NCBI GenBank assembly: GCA_030765145.1
Contig: JAVCDA010000002.1
Location: 16,320 to 80,319 of the forward strand
Reading direction: 5' to 3'
Length of the DNA: 64,000 bases
Origin: Candidatus Saelkia tenebricola
GTDB lineage: Bacteria; Omnitrophota; Gorgyraeia; Kaelpiales; Kaelpiaceae
In this document: positions 18,701 to 27,554 of the stretch, piece after piece
Layout of the letters: each line of letters starts with the position of its first letter
Numbering within the stretch: position 1 is the first letter of the stretch
Program-made: the position numbers and the translations under genes
Notes under the pieces: generated by a model
Told to the model about the DNA's origin: nothing
Databases searched by the model: none
What the model saw: the letters and a program-made list of their open reading frames with translations, nothing else

Positions 18701-19638
18701 CTTAAATCCCCTTTGTCTTTTTTAATTAAGGTACGTTTTGATACAGCTTTTTTTATCCACCTTCTATCCTTGATAAATTCTAATACATAATGAGGCTTTT
18801 TGGGAAGCAAGAAAATCCAAAGATATATATCGTATAAAATTGTGAATGGAATATGTTTTATAAAATTCGCTAAATTTTCGTTTTTAATAAAAGTAGAATA
18901 ACGGTTTTTAATAAGCTGGAATTTAAATTCGCTTGATAAGTTGAGATATCCTAATCGTTTTCTCCTTTTCCAACCTGTTATTCCCCTATGGTGGTAAGCT
19001 ATGGCATAAGGAGTAAAATAACTGTTCCATCCTGCATTATGAGCACGCCAGTTTAAGTCTAAATCTTCCAAATATGCCTGATAATCTTCATCAAAATATT
19101 CCTGCTCCATTTTAATATCAAATAGCATTTCTTTTTTATAAAGCGCACAAGCACCTGATACACCCCAGACATAACCTTCTTCAAACTGATTTCTTTCTTT
19201 CTGTTTATAACCTCTTTCATGTGCACGCCTGGCGAGTGTCAGGAATTGACCGGTAGAATCTATTTTCTTTGTTTGTGGATTTAACAACTTGCCTGATATA
19301 GAGCCTATTTTTCTGTCTATTTTGAACTTGGGTAATACCTTTTCCAAATAATCATTGTTTAAGAAAACATCGTTATTAATGCAAAATAAATATTCCCCAT
19401 TTGAGGATATAATGCCTTGATTGTAAGATTTAGAGACCATCATGTTTTGACTGTTTTGAATTATTTTAGTCTGGGGAAAATATTTTTTTACCATTTCAAC
19501 TGACTCATCATTCGATGCATTATCCACTAAAATAACCTCAATATTTTTATATGTCTGGTTAAAAATAGAGTTAAGACAAACCTTTAAGATTTTTTTTCTG
19601 TCTTTATTTATTACGATAAAAGATACAAGTCCATTCAT
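18688..19638 (-). CDS. family 2 glycosyltransferase
   Basis: VSFIVINKDRKKILKVCLNSIFNQTYKNIEVILVDNASNDES, a GT-A N-terminal motif with a DxD region. Confidence 0.8.
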   Translation of the reverse strand: MNGLVSFIVINKDRKKILKVCLNSIFNQTYKNIEVILVDNASNDESVEMVKKYFPQTKIIQNSQNMMVSKSYNQGIISSNGEYLFCINNDVFLNNDYLEKVLPKFKIDRKIGSISGKLLNPQTKKIDSTGQFLTLARRAHERGYKQKERNQFEEGYVWGVSGACALYKKEMLFDIKMEQEYFDEDYQAYLEDLDLNWRAHNAGWNSYFTPYAIAYHHRGITGWKRRKRLGYLNLSSEFKFQLIKNRYSTFIKNENLANFIKHIPFTILYDIYLWIFLLPKKPHYVLEFIKDRRWIKKAVSKRTLIKKDKGDLRWLS

Positions 19639-19641
19639 TTT

Positions 19642-21363
19642 TTACCCCCCGGAAGCAGAGTATGTTCTTGTTGCTAATGTTACTCTATCTATTGTAAGGT
19701 CTGATGCAGACCAAAGCAGCTGCGATAGCTCTGAAATATTTAAAGGTTCCCTGCTGTATTTTCTTATCGATTTTCTTTTATATAGTGCTTCTTCAATAGA
19801 TATTTTTCCTTGATAACGAGAGTGAGGAAGCTGAATTATTTGCTCGGCAAACACTGTCGAATTCAGTGAAAATAGAAAAATAAAAGCTATTATTGTTTTA
19901 AGCTTTAAATATTGCAACTCTGTTTTAAAGCGTCTTTTAAGTTTTTCCAATAATAATTTTAAGCCGTACTTTTTATACCGCGAGAATAAAAATTTTAAAG
20001 GATTTTTAGTCAAGCTCGTTTTCAGAAATAAATGATCTCGTATAATAAGAGCAGTGTTTTTAATATTCTCGATATTGTCTTTGTTATATTGAGGATAATT
20101 TACTATAACTGAATTGGCTCCGTCAAAAGAATGAGAATCATTATTAGCAAGGTATCCATTTTTTTTCACCCAGGAATAAAACGGTGTACCCGGAAAAGGT
20201 GTTGCTGTTGATATTTGAGCATTTGCAATTAGTCTCTCTTTAATTAAACGTTTCATAAAATTAATTGTTTGGCTATCTTCTGCCGGGGTAGCTTCGGGCA
20301 GCCCAAACATAAAAGTGGCATACATCTTAAGACCGATGTTCTTAGCGTGTTTTAATAAATCAAGGATTCGGTCTGTTTCCATAGGTTTACCTATTTTTTT
20401 GCTCAATGGTAAAGAGGCTGTTTCAATTCCGAACCGGATTTTATAATATCCTGCTTCTTTCATGATTGTTAAAATATCTTTATCTAAGATTCTGATATCG
20501 CACATTGCTTCATATTTTAGATTTGAAAGATTTTCTTCTTTAAGTTTGGAGGCAAGTTCTTTAATAAAATCTTTATCACCGTTATGAGTTTCTTCATCAA
20601 AAAATATGCCTTCCATTTGGGGGTATTTATTTTTCAAATATTTAATTTCATTTATTATATTATTTACATTTCGAGGTCTCCAGTTCCCCTGGGCATAATA
20701 TATATTTCTTGAGACACAAAAATTACAGTTCCCCCTGCATCCTCTTGAAGCATAAGCCTGGATTTCTATATATTCTGAACTTGGTTCACCGGGTGTAGCA
20801 TAATCTATTCTTTTAATATCAATGTCTTCCGGAAAAGGTAGGCGAGAAAAATCAAGAAGCGGTCTTCTTTGATTAGGATATAATCCTAAAATAGTATTTT
20901 TATCTTTATTTTGAAATAATTCTAACAAAGTCAGCTCAAATTCACCTATACAAACATAGTCTACGCCTTCTTTTATTAATTCATTTGGAAATACTGACGC
21001 ATGTTGGCCTACAAATACAACTTTAACAGGTAATTTCTTTTTTAAGTTTTTTCCAACCCAGAGATTCTCTTGTATTGTTCTGGTAGATGACTCTATTATA
21101 AGCCAATCAGGTTTTTGGTCTAAAATTTTAGCAAGTGTCTGGTATTTGTCCCACCTTTTAAGACAAGGATCTATCAATTTGATTGCATGAGGAGTTTCCT
21201 GCTTTAATAAAGACGAGGTATAAGCTAACTCCCAGGGGTAATAAGCAAACCAGGATGATTTCAGGCGCACGCCTTCAGACCAGCGAGAAGGAGAATGAAT
21301 TATGTAATATCCCAGGTCATCTTTACCTACAGAGTTAGTTAAAATAATTTTTTCTTTAAACAT
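19642..21363 (-). CDS. B12-binding (class B) radical SAM protein with C-terminal TM segment and truncated SagB/nitroreductase-like tail
   Basis: Radical SAM motif CRGNCNFC. The N-terminal region is homologous to the N-terminus of the 1928-aa protein, including a shared SRW motif (HSPSRWSEGVRL vs VRAGSRWPHLKH). After a TM-like segment (IIAFIFLFSLNSTVFA), the last ~55 aa (IEEALYKRKSIRKYSREPLNISELSQLLWSASDLTIDRVTLATRTYSASGG) resemble the first third of a SagB-type dehydrogenase and stop abruptly. Confidence 0.8.
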   Translation of the reverse strand: MFKEKIILTNSVGKDDLGYYIIHSPSRWSEGVRLKSSWFAYYPWELAYTSSLLKQETPHAIKLIDPCLKRWDKYQTLAKILDQKPDWLIIESSTRTIQENLWVGKNLKKKLPVKVVFVGQHASVFPNELIKEGVDYVCIGEFELTLLELFQNKDKNTILGLYPNQRRPLLDFSRLPFPEDIDIKRIDYATPGEPSSEYIEIQAYASRGCRGNCNFCVSRNIYYAQGNWRPRNVNNIINEIKYLKNKYPQMEGIFFDEETHNGDKDFIKELASKLKEENLSNLKYEAMCDIRILDKDILTIMKEAGYYKIRFGIETASLPLSKKIGKPMETDRILDLLKHAKNIGLKMYATFMFGLPEATPAEDSQTINFMKRLIKERLIANAQISTATPFPGTPFYSWVKKNGYLANNDSHSFDGANSVIVNYPQYNKDNIENIKNTALIIRDHLFLKTSLTKNPLKFLFSRYKKYGLKLLLEKLKRRFKTELQYLKLKTIIAFIFLFSLNSTVFAEQIIQLPHSRYQGKISIEEALYKRKSIRKYSREPLNISELSQLLWSASDLTIDRVTLATRTYSASGG

Positions 21364-22453
21364 CTTTAAGAATAGAAATTAGTTTTTGAGTCTGGTTTTC
21401 TACTGTGTAATTATTCTCTATCTTTTCTCTGGCATTTGCACCGATTTTTTTTCTTAAAGAAGAATTTCCAGCGAGTTTTAGAATCGATCCTTTAAATTCC
21501 TCTTTATTTTTAGCCAGCAACCCATCTACTCCATCGTTAATAATATTTTGAGTTTCTCCAAAAGATGTTGCTATAACAGGAATACCTTTGGCCATAAATT
21601 CCAGTATTTTAACCGGAAATTTTGCTTCTGTGAATTTGTTTTCTATTGCAATCGGGAAGATACCTATATCAACATTATCTAAATATCGGGGTATATCACT
21701 TGGCGTAATCCAGCCTTTAAATGTCACATTTTTAATCCCCTCTTTTTTTGCCTCATCTTGAATGTTGGATTTCCATATTCCATCACCGATAATTTCTAAT
21801 TGTATATTAGGAATATCTTTAACTATTTCCAATATCCATTGCAGATTGATAAAATCTTCATGTCTGAACATTGTTCCTATCCAGGCTAATATCGTAATTT
21901 TTTTGTTCATATGGTTTTGTTTTATCTTAAAGTGCTCTATCTCTATTCCGGGAGCAAGATAAAATACACGGGGGGTAATATTTTTTATGTAATTATAAAG
22001 AAAGTTGCTTCCGGCCAAATTAAATAAAGCTTTTTTAGCTGTTATTTTAAAAATAAATTCGGCTTTTGATTTAGGTAAGAATCCCAATATGGGAGTTATA
22101 TTTTCCCTGAATTCCCAATCGTCAATGTCATAGATGTATTTTATCTTATTTTTAAATGCATAAAAAAGAGGTCCGAAAGAATGATAATTCAGGCGCTGGA
22201 TAATCAAAAGTGGGTTTTTGAATTGTTTAAGGTATGTATATGCTTTTTTATTATATTTTATTTTATCAGCTATAGTAAGAAAACTTTCTAAATTACCGCT
22301 TAAAGCTCCTAAGTTTTCAGAAAAGGACAATACACAAGACGTATAACCTTGTTTTTGTAAACAATTTGAGAAATTATATGCTCTATACCTTGCCCCGGGT
22401 AGAACTTTGCTTTCTCTGGTAATGAATATTATTTCGTAATTTTTTAAATTCAT
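21356..22453 (-). CDS. family 1 (GT4-type) glycosyltransferase
   Basis: C-terminal GT-B motif EAKFPVKILEFMAKGIPVIATSFGETQNIINDGVDGLL. The annotated start overlaps the upstream gene by 71 nt, so the true start may be slightly downstream. Confidence 0.75.
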   Translation of the reverse strand: MNLKNYEIIFITRESKVLPGARYRAYNFSNCLQKQGYTSCVLSFSENLGALSGNLESFLTIADKIKYNKKAYTYLKQFKNPLLIIQRLNYHSFGPLFYAFKNKIKYIYDIDDWEFRENITPILGFLPKSKAEFIFKITAKKALFNLAGSNFLYNYIKNITPRVFYLAPGIEIEHFKIKQNHMNKKITILAWIGTMFRHEDFINLQWILEIVKDIPNIQLEIIGDGIWKSNIQDEAKKEGIKNVTFKGWITPSDIPRYLDNVDIGIFPIAIENKFTEAKFPVKILEFMAKGIPVIATSFGETQNIINDGVDGLLAKNKEEFKGSILKLAGNSSLRKKIGANAREKIENNYTVENQTQKLISILKDV

Positions 22454-23615
22454 ATCCTTTCAAAACCTGCTCATAAATTTGCAACAAATTCTCAGCCGTT
22501 GTGGGCCAGTTATATTTTTCTTCAGCTCTTTTTCTTGATAAAACTGCCATCTTCTCTCTTAAGGCAGGTTGAGATAACAGTTCATTTATTCCGCCAGCAA
22601 ACACAAGATGATTACCTGGTTCTACCAGAATTCCTACTCCACCAACCATATTCCTGACCTCGCCTACGTTACTTGCTACAATGGCTTTGCCAGAAGCTAG
22701 GTATTCAGCTAGTTTTAAGGGGCTTTTAGATTGAGTTATGGCATTATTTTCAAAGCAGGCTGCACAAACATCGGCTGCTGCTATATATTTTGCTGTTTCT
22801 TCATGCGGAATAAATCCTGTAAAGATAATCTTATCTCTTAGCCCTAAATCTAAAGCTAATGATTTCAGTTCGCTTAATCTATACCCTCCGCCAACTATAA
22901 AAAACATAGCTGTAGGATACCATTGAATCACAACACTTACAGCATGGATAAATAGTTCTGCATATTGTGCTCCATGCAGCTGACCTAAATACAATACGAT
23001 TGGTCCAGTTAAACGGTATTTTTCTCTTATCAGGGTATTTTTATTTTGAGGATTAAAAATAGTCAGGTCAGCTCCTACATGAGCAGATGTGGTTCTTTTT
23101 GGGGATACTCCATATTCATTTGTAGCAAGCTGTATGAGACGATTACTTGAACAAGAGATTGAATCGACAAATTTCGGTAAAGCCCTTTCTAAGATCCACA
23201 TATATATCCCTATAAGAGGAGAAGCTGGTTTACCATAAAAATAAATTTTTGTTTCCCAATCATCCCAATCATAATGAATGGGTTTGTTCTGAATCCAGGA
23301 AGCTATGATTGCAGGGATAGATGCATAATGGAAACACTTTTGAAAATGCACTATATCAGCCCATTTTATTTCTCTTAAAAGTTTAACAGTGTTTTTAAAA
23401 AGGATATTTATTCCTCTTCTTCTATCCATTGGTATGATTTCTATGTTGTGCCAAATAAACCGCTGTTTTTTTAAATCTTTTAAATGTAGCGGAAAATATG
23501 CAATCTTTACACTGTGGTTAACTTTTATAAATTCCCGAGCTAAAGATTTAATTCGTATAGTCCAGGGTTCTGAGAGATCAAATAAATCATGCGGATGTAT
23601 CATAAATATTTTCAT
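22383..23615 (-). CDS. family 1 (GT4-type) glycosyltransferase
   Basis: GT-B C-terminal motif TGFIPHEE...PLKLAEYLASGKAIVASNVGEVRNMV, with an E-x7-E-like region. Confidence 0.8.
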   Translation of the reverse strand: MKIFMIHPHDLFDLSEPWTIRIKSLAREFIKVNHSVKIAYFPLHLKDLKKQRFIWHNIEIIPMDRRRGINILFKNTVKLLREIKWADIVHFQKCFHYASIPAIIASWIQNKPIHYDWDDWETKIYFYGKPASPLIGIYMWILERALPKFVDSISCSSNRLIQLATNEYGVSPKRTTSAHVGADLTIFNPQNKNTLIREKYRLTGPIVLYLGQLHGAQYAELFIHAVSVVIQWYPTAMFFIVGGGYRLSELKSLALDLGLRDKIIFTGFIPHEETAKYIAAADVCAACFENNAITQSKSPLKLAEYLASGKAIVASNVGEVRNMVGGVGILVEPGNHLVFAGGINELLSQPALREKMAVLSRKRAEEKYNWPTTAENLLQIYEQVLKGYEFKKLRNNIHYQRKQSSTRGKV

Positions 23616-23621
23616 AACAAT

Positions 23622-26600
23622 TTAACTTCCGGGGAATATCACCATTCGCCGTAACTTTCTTAAAATCCAGAGGTAAGTTTCAGCAATTAAAGTTAATAGA
23701 ATTATTAAAACCAGATATGGCAGCTTATACATTCTCACCCTAGGTAGAATCACAGTAGATTGGATGTTTTTTTCTTTTTTAGGTAAATCTTGGATTGAAT
23801 TAACAATAGTCTTTAGCGTTTCAATGTCATGTTTCTCAACATTTATTTGTTTACCTTCCTCTATATTTGTCTCCATTACCTTAAATCCCAACTGTTTGGC
23901 AACTTCTAAGATGCGTTCTCCTCTTGTTTTTCTTATATCGTATGTATTGCCATCATACGTTTGCCAGAGATAATGCCAATTATTTTGAGGAAGAGGTTTT
24001 AAATTGTATTCAGTTATGTTTTTATATATTGCTGTTCCGGCAATTAAATGAAGTGTGTTTATTGATTTTATAGTGTTGATGTAATTGCGATTTCTTTTTA
24101 TAAATTCAATTGTTTCTTGAAATTCCTTTTCTCCTTCAGATGGAAATCCAATCATAGTAAATATTTCTGTCTCAATTCCGGCTAAAGATGATTTTTTTAT
24201 AAATTGTTCCGCATCGCTTGATAAATAGGATTTTCGCATTTTTTTTAAGACTTTATCCGATGCACTTTCAAGTCCTATTTGAAGATTAATACAACCTGCT
24301 TGTTTCATTTTTTTCAAAATAGGTATATCCATATCTTTTCGAGGTATTGCTTCTCCTGACCAGGTAATATTCAATTTGTTTTTTATAATCAAATCGCATA
24401 ATTTATCCAATACTTTAGGATTACCATTTATTAAAGGATCGCAGATTGTGAAGTTTTTTATATTGTTATGGTGAAGATGATACTTTAGTTCCTGAAATAT
24501 ATGTTCGGCAGTTCTTGATCTATATTTAGATACGAGCTCACAGTTTATGCAAAATGCGCATTTACCTGTGCATCCCCGAGACCATTCCAAAATCAATGAT
24601 TGCCCGAAGTAAAGGTTAAGATTAAAATCTTCATAAGTTGGGAAAGGTAATGTATCTAAATCCTCAATTAACTCACGAGGAGTATAAATCCATAAGCCGT
24701 TTATTTTGGAAACAGTTCCCTTTATAATTCCAGAGCATTCCTTATCAAGTAGCTCAATCAATGCTTCTTCCCCCTCTCCCACAACGAAATAGTCAATATC
24801 ATCAGATATATTATCTATAAAAATTTTACGGGAATGTTCACTTAAACATGCCGGTCCACCGAGAATAATTTTTTTTGTTTTATCACGTTGTTTTATTCTT
24901 TTAATAAATTCAATAGTAATCCGTTCTTTGGGGTCTACAATTGAAAATCCTATATAGCCTGCTTCTGTTTCAAGTATTCTATCAACTGCTTCATTTATTT
25001 TTTGATCAAAAAATTTACACACTACAGGAAACCAGTCTTCTTCACTCCAGAAGTTTTTATTTTCTACATGCCACATCAATTTAAGATCTTCTGGTGCACT
25101 ATTATAAAAATCTATATTGAAGTCACAAAGAACAGCTTTATATCCATGGTTCTTTAACATACTTGCTAAGTAAGCCATACCTACGGGAGGATTGTTAATT
25201 CCCCAGGGCGGTGTAGTAATAAGTGCTATATGAGGTTTATTGGATACACTTGTTTTTCTTTGAGGTAATGCTGTTGCTTCTGTTGTATATGAAATATCTA
25301 ATTTATTAAGAAGATTATGGACTTTTTCTACCCTTTCCATACGTATATCAAAGTTATTTACATCCCTTATGAACCAGTTGGAATCGGGATTCTCCTTGGG
25401 GAATTCTATGTGATATCTTCCAGGATTAGAAAACAATTCGGATCCTGCCATTATGAATAAAGGATTTACAGATTTGACAAAATCAATGTGGTTTTTGTTT
25501 TCTTTTATAAAATCCAGAGTTAAATTTAAATCATCTGCTGTCTCTTGTGGAAAACCGACAATAAAATATAATACATTTTGAATACCTGCTTTTTTTGTCA
25601 ATTCCAGTGTGTGTGAGGAATCTTTAGTTGAGAATGTTTTACCCATAAGATGTAATATTTTATCACTTCCGCTTTCTGTTCCGTATTCCAATCTGAAGAA
25701 TCCGGCAGCTTTCATTTTCTTAAGCAAAGACAGGCTCATATCTCTTGGTATAGCAAGACCGGTAAGGTTGATAGAGAGATGGTTTTTTATTATAAGGCTA
25801 CAGACTTCATCTAGCCATTTTAAGTCTGCATTAACTGAAGAATCTACAATTGAGAAATAAATTTTGCCCAAAGTGTTTTTGTAGAACTTAAGCTCCTCAA
25901 CTATTCTTGTGGGAGACTTTTTTTTGTAGTATTTGCTCAGAACTTTAAAATCACAGAAGGAACATTTGCCGATACATCCCCGGGACCATTCAACAGCCAA
26001 GCTGTTTTTTGCAATGTATGAACCAAGAGAAAAATTTTTATATTTTGCATAAGAATAGGAATCTAATTTTTTTAAAGTTTTTATCGAAGATGTAATTCTG
26101 CTTTTATCTTTAAGAACAATGATGTTTTCTACATCGTTTATGGATTGGTTGTATGTTATTTTATCAATCAGTTTAGTAATGGCCTCTTCACCCTCTCCGC
26201 ATACGATAACATCAACTTTATCTTTTATTAATTCTAATAATTCTTCTCGCTGCTCTTTTACAGTAACTGAAATTCCTCCCAGTATTATCCATTTTTTAGG
26301 TGCGTGTTTCTTTATCTCCTCAATCACCCATTTAATCATCAAATACATTGAATTTGAGGGAACTGAAAATCCTACGATTTTAGCATCATTGTTTTTCTCA
26401 AGAGTTTGTTTTATTTCATTAAAAATATCACTATATTTTTTTAGAAGGTAAAAAATAAATTCTGGTTTTCTCCAATATAAAGTATGGTCCATTCGCCAGT
26501 ATTTTTTGTCTTCTTCTTTTACTTTATTGTATAAGAAAATATTTATGTCCAAAACCTCAACATCAAAACCTTTATTTTCCAAAACTTCTGATATTACGGC

Positions 26601-27554
26601 CAGGCCTACAGGCGGCCTTTCAATACCCCAGGGAGGAGTGATAATTAATTGAATCTTTTTTTTAAAACTACTGGGGGTAGTTTGTGCACATTCACATTTT
26701 AGGCATATAAAATTATTATCTGGAGGAATTTCACCCTGTATTTTCTTTCTAATGGCGGTATATTCTTGTCCTGTCCAGATGTTTTGGATAGATTGTTTTT
26801 TTAAATTACCCAATATAACTTCTGATTTCCAGTCCATACAGCATAAGACTACATCTCCGTTACTCAATATGTGAATCATTTCATTAGTCCATATGGAATT
26901 GCAACCGTATATTTTTTTATGTTTTATTTTTGGAAGGATCGGTACATTTCCGGCCCGGGATATCGGATTTGAATAAACATTAATGCGAGATAATCCTTGA
27001 TTCTCCCAGAAACTTACAGCTTCTTCTATTTCTTTATCATTGAGATATGAGTTTTTAAGCATTGTTACCATGATAAAGTCAGAGATTTCACCCTTAATTT
27101 GTTTAGAGATTTTTATGAAATTCAGCATATTATCCAGTGCTTTTTCAGGATCTATTCCCATAACTGAAGATATAGTGTTGTTTCTGATGCCATGCAGGCT
27201 GAAACCTATCCAGTCAATGTTGCTCTCTATCAATCTATGTGTGAAATCAGAATCCAGTAAAACACCATTGGTAAGGATATGTGTAGAAACTTCAGGTGAT
27301 TTTTTTTTGATGTAAGTAATTTTATCCGGCAACTCTTTATCCAAAAGAGGTTCATTCATAAGATAGGGCATTATAACTTGGACTTCTTTTTGTTTTGAAC
27401 ATTCGTCGATAATGTTTTTAAAAAGATTGCCATCTATTTTTTCACCGGAGATTGTATCTTTAATATGAGGGTAGGGGCAGAAAAAACATTTCCCGTTACA
27501 TCCGGATATAGTTTGAATCATTATATGAGTTGGGAACTTAAGTTTTGGTGTCAT
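23622..27554 (-). CDS. giant three-module radical SAM protein (SPASM-type rSAM + two B12-binding class B rSAM modules) with C-terminal membrane anchor
   Basis: There are three CxxxCxxC motifs: CNGKCFFC (N-terminal; downstream SPASM-like Cys-rich region GDVVLCCMDW...FICLKCEC), CIGKCSFC and CTGKCAFC. The latter two are each preceded by a Rossmann-like B12-binding segment (ITPPWGIERPPVGLAVISEVL... and ITTPPWGINNPPVGMAYLASML...). The C-terminal hydrophobic helix is LPYLVLIILLTLIAETYLWIL. Confidence 0.85.
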   Translation of the reverse strand: MTPKLKFPTHIMIQTISGCNGKCFFCPYPHIKDTISGEKIDGNLFKNIIDECSKQKEVQVIMPYLMNEPLLDKELPDKITYIKKKSPEVSTHILTNGVLLDSDFTHRLIESNIDWIGFSLHGIRNNTISSVMGIDPEKALDNMLNFIKISKQIKGEISDFIMVTMLKNSYLNDKEIEEAVSFWENQGLSRINVYSNPISRAGNVPILPKIKHKKIYGCNSIWTNEMIHILSNGDVVLCCMDWKSEVILGNLKKQSIQNIWTGQEYTAIRKKIQGEIPPDNNFICLKCECAQTTPSSFKKKIQLIITPPWGIERPPVGLAVISEVLENKGFDVEVLDINIFLYNKVKEEDKKYWRMDHTLYWRKPEFIFYLLKKYSDIFNEIKQTLEKNNDAKIVGFSVPSNSMYLMIKWVIEEIKKHAPKKWIILGGISVTVKEQREELLELIKDKVDVIVCGEGEEAITKLIDKITYNQSINDVENIIVLKDKSRITSSIKTLKKLDSYSYAKYKNFSLGSYIAKNSLAVEWSRGCIGKCSFCDFKVLSKYYKKKSPTRIVEELKFYKNTLGKIYFSIVDSSVNADLKWLDEVCSLIIKNHLSINLTGLAIPRDMSLSLLKKMKAAGFFRLEYGTESGSDKILHLMGKTFSTKDSSHTLELTKKAGIQNVLYFIVGFPQETADDLNLTLDFIKENKNHIDFVKSVNPLFIMAGSELFSNPGRYHIEFPKENPDSNWFIRDVNNFDIRMERVEKVHNLLNKLDISYTTEATALPQRKTSVSNKPHIALITTPPWGINNPPVGMAYLASMLKNHGYKAVLCDFNIDFYNSAPEDLKLMWHVENKNFWSEEDWFPVVCKFFDQKINEAVDRILETEAGYIGFSIVDPKERITIEFIKRIKQRDKTKKIILGGPACLSEHSRKIFIDNISDDIDYFVVGEGEEALIELLDKECSGIIKGTVSKINGLWIYTPRELIEDLDTLPFPTYEDFNLNLYFGQSLILEWSRGCTGKCAFCINCELVSKYRSRTAEHIFQELKYHLHHNNIKNFTICDPLINGNPKVLDKLCDLIIKNKLNITWSGEAIPRKDMDIPILKKMKQAGCINLQIGLESASDKVLKKMRKSYLSSDAEQFIKKSSLAGIETEIFTMIGFPSEGEKEFQETIEFIKRNRNYINTIKSINTLHLIAGTAIYKNITEYNLKPLPQNNWHYLWQTYDGNTYDIRKTRGERILEVAKQLGFKVMETNIEEGKQINVEKHDIETLKTIVNSIQDLPKKEKNIQSTVILPRVRMYKLPYLVLIILLTLIAETYLWILRKLRRMVIFPGS

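Noticed and set aside
19645-19650. C6 homopolymer at the rSAM/GT2 junction as a possible frameshift that would restore a full SagB-like domain
   Set aside because: I translated the +1 and -1 alternatives. Both terminate within 12-18 codons and do not continue the SagB-like sequence, so the truncation is not explained by a simple homopolymer slip.
22383-22453. 71-nt overlap between two GT4 genes as a sign of frameshift or gene fusion
   Set aside because: Both proteins have complete, independent GT-B architectures in different frames. The overlap most likely reflects an over-extended start call for the downstream gene (the conserved IIFIT beta-strand begins 6 codons after the annotated ATG).
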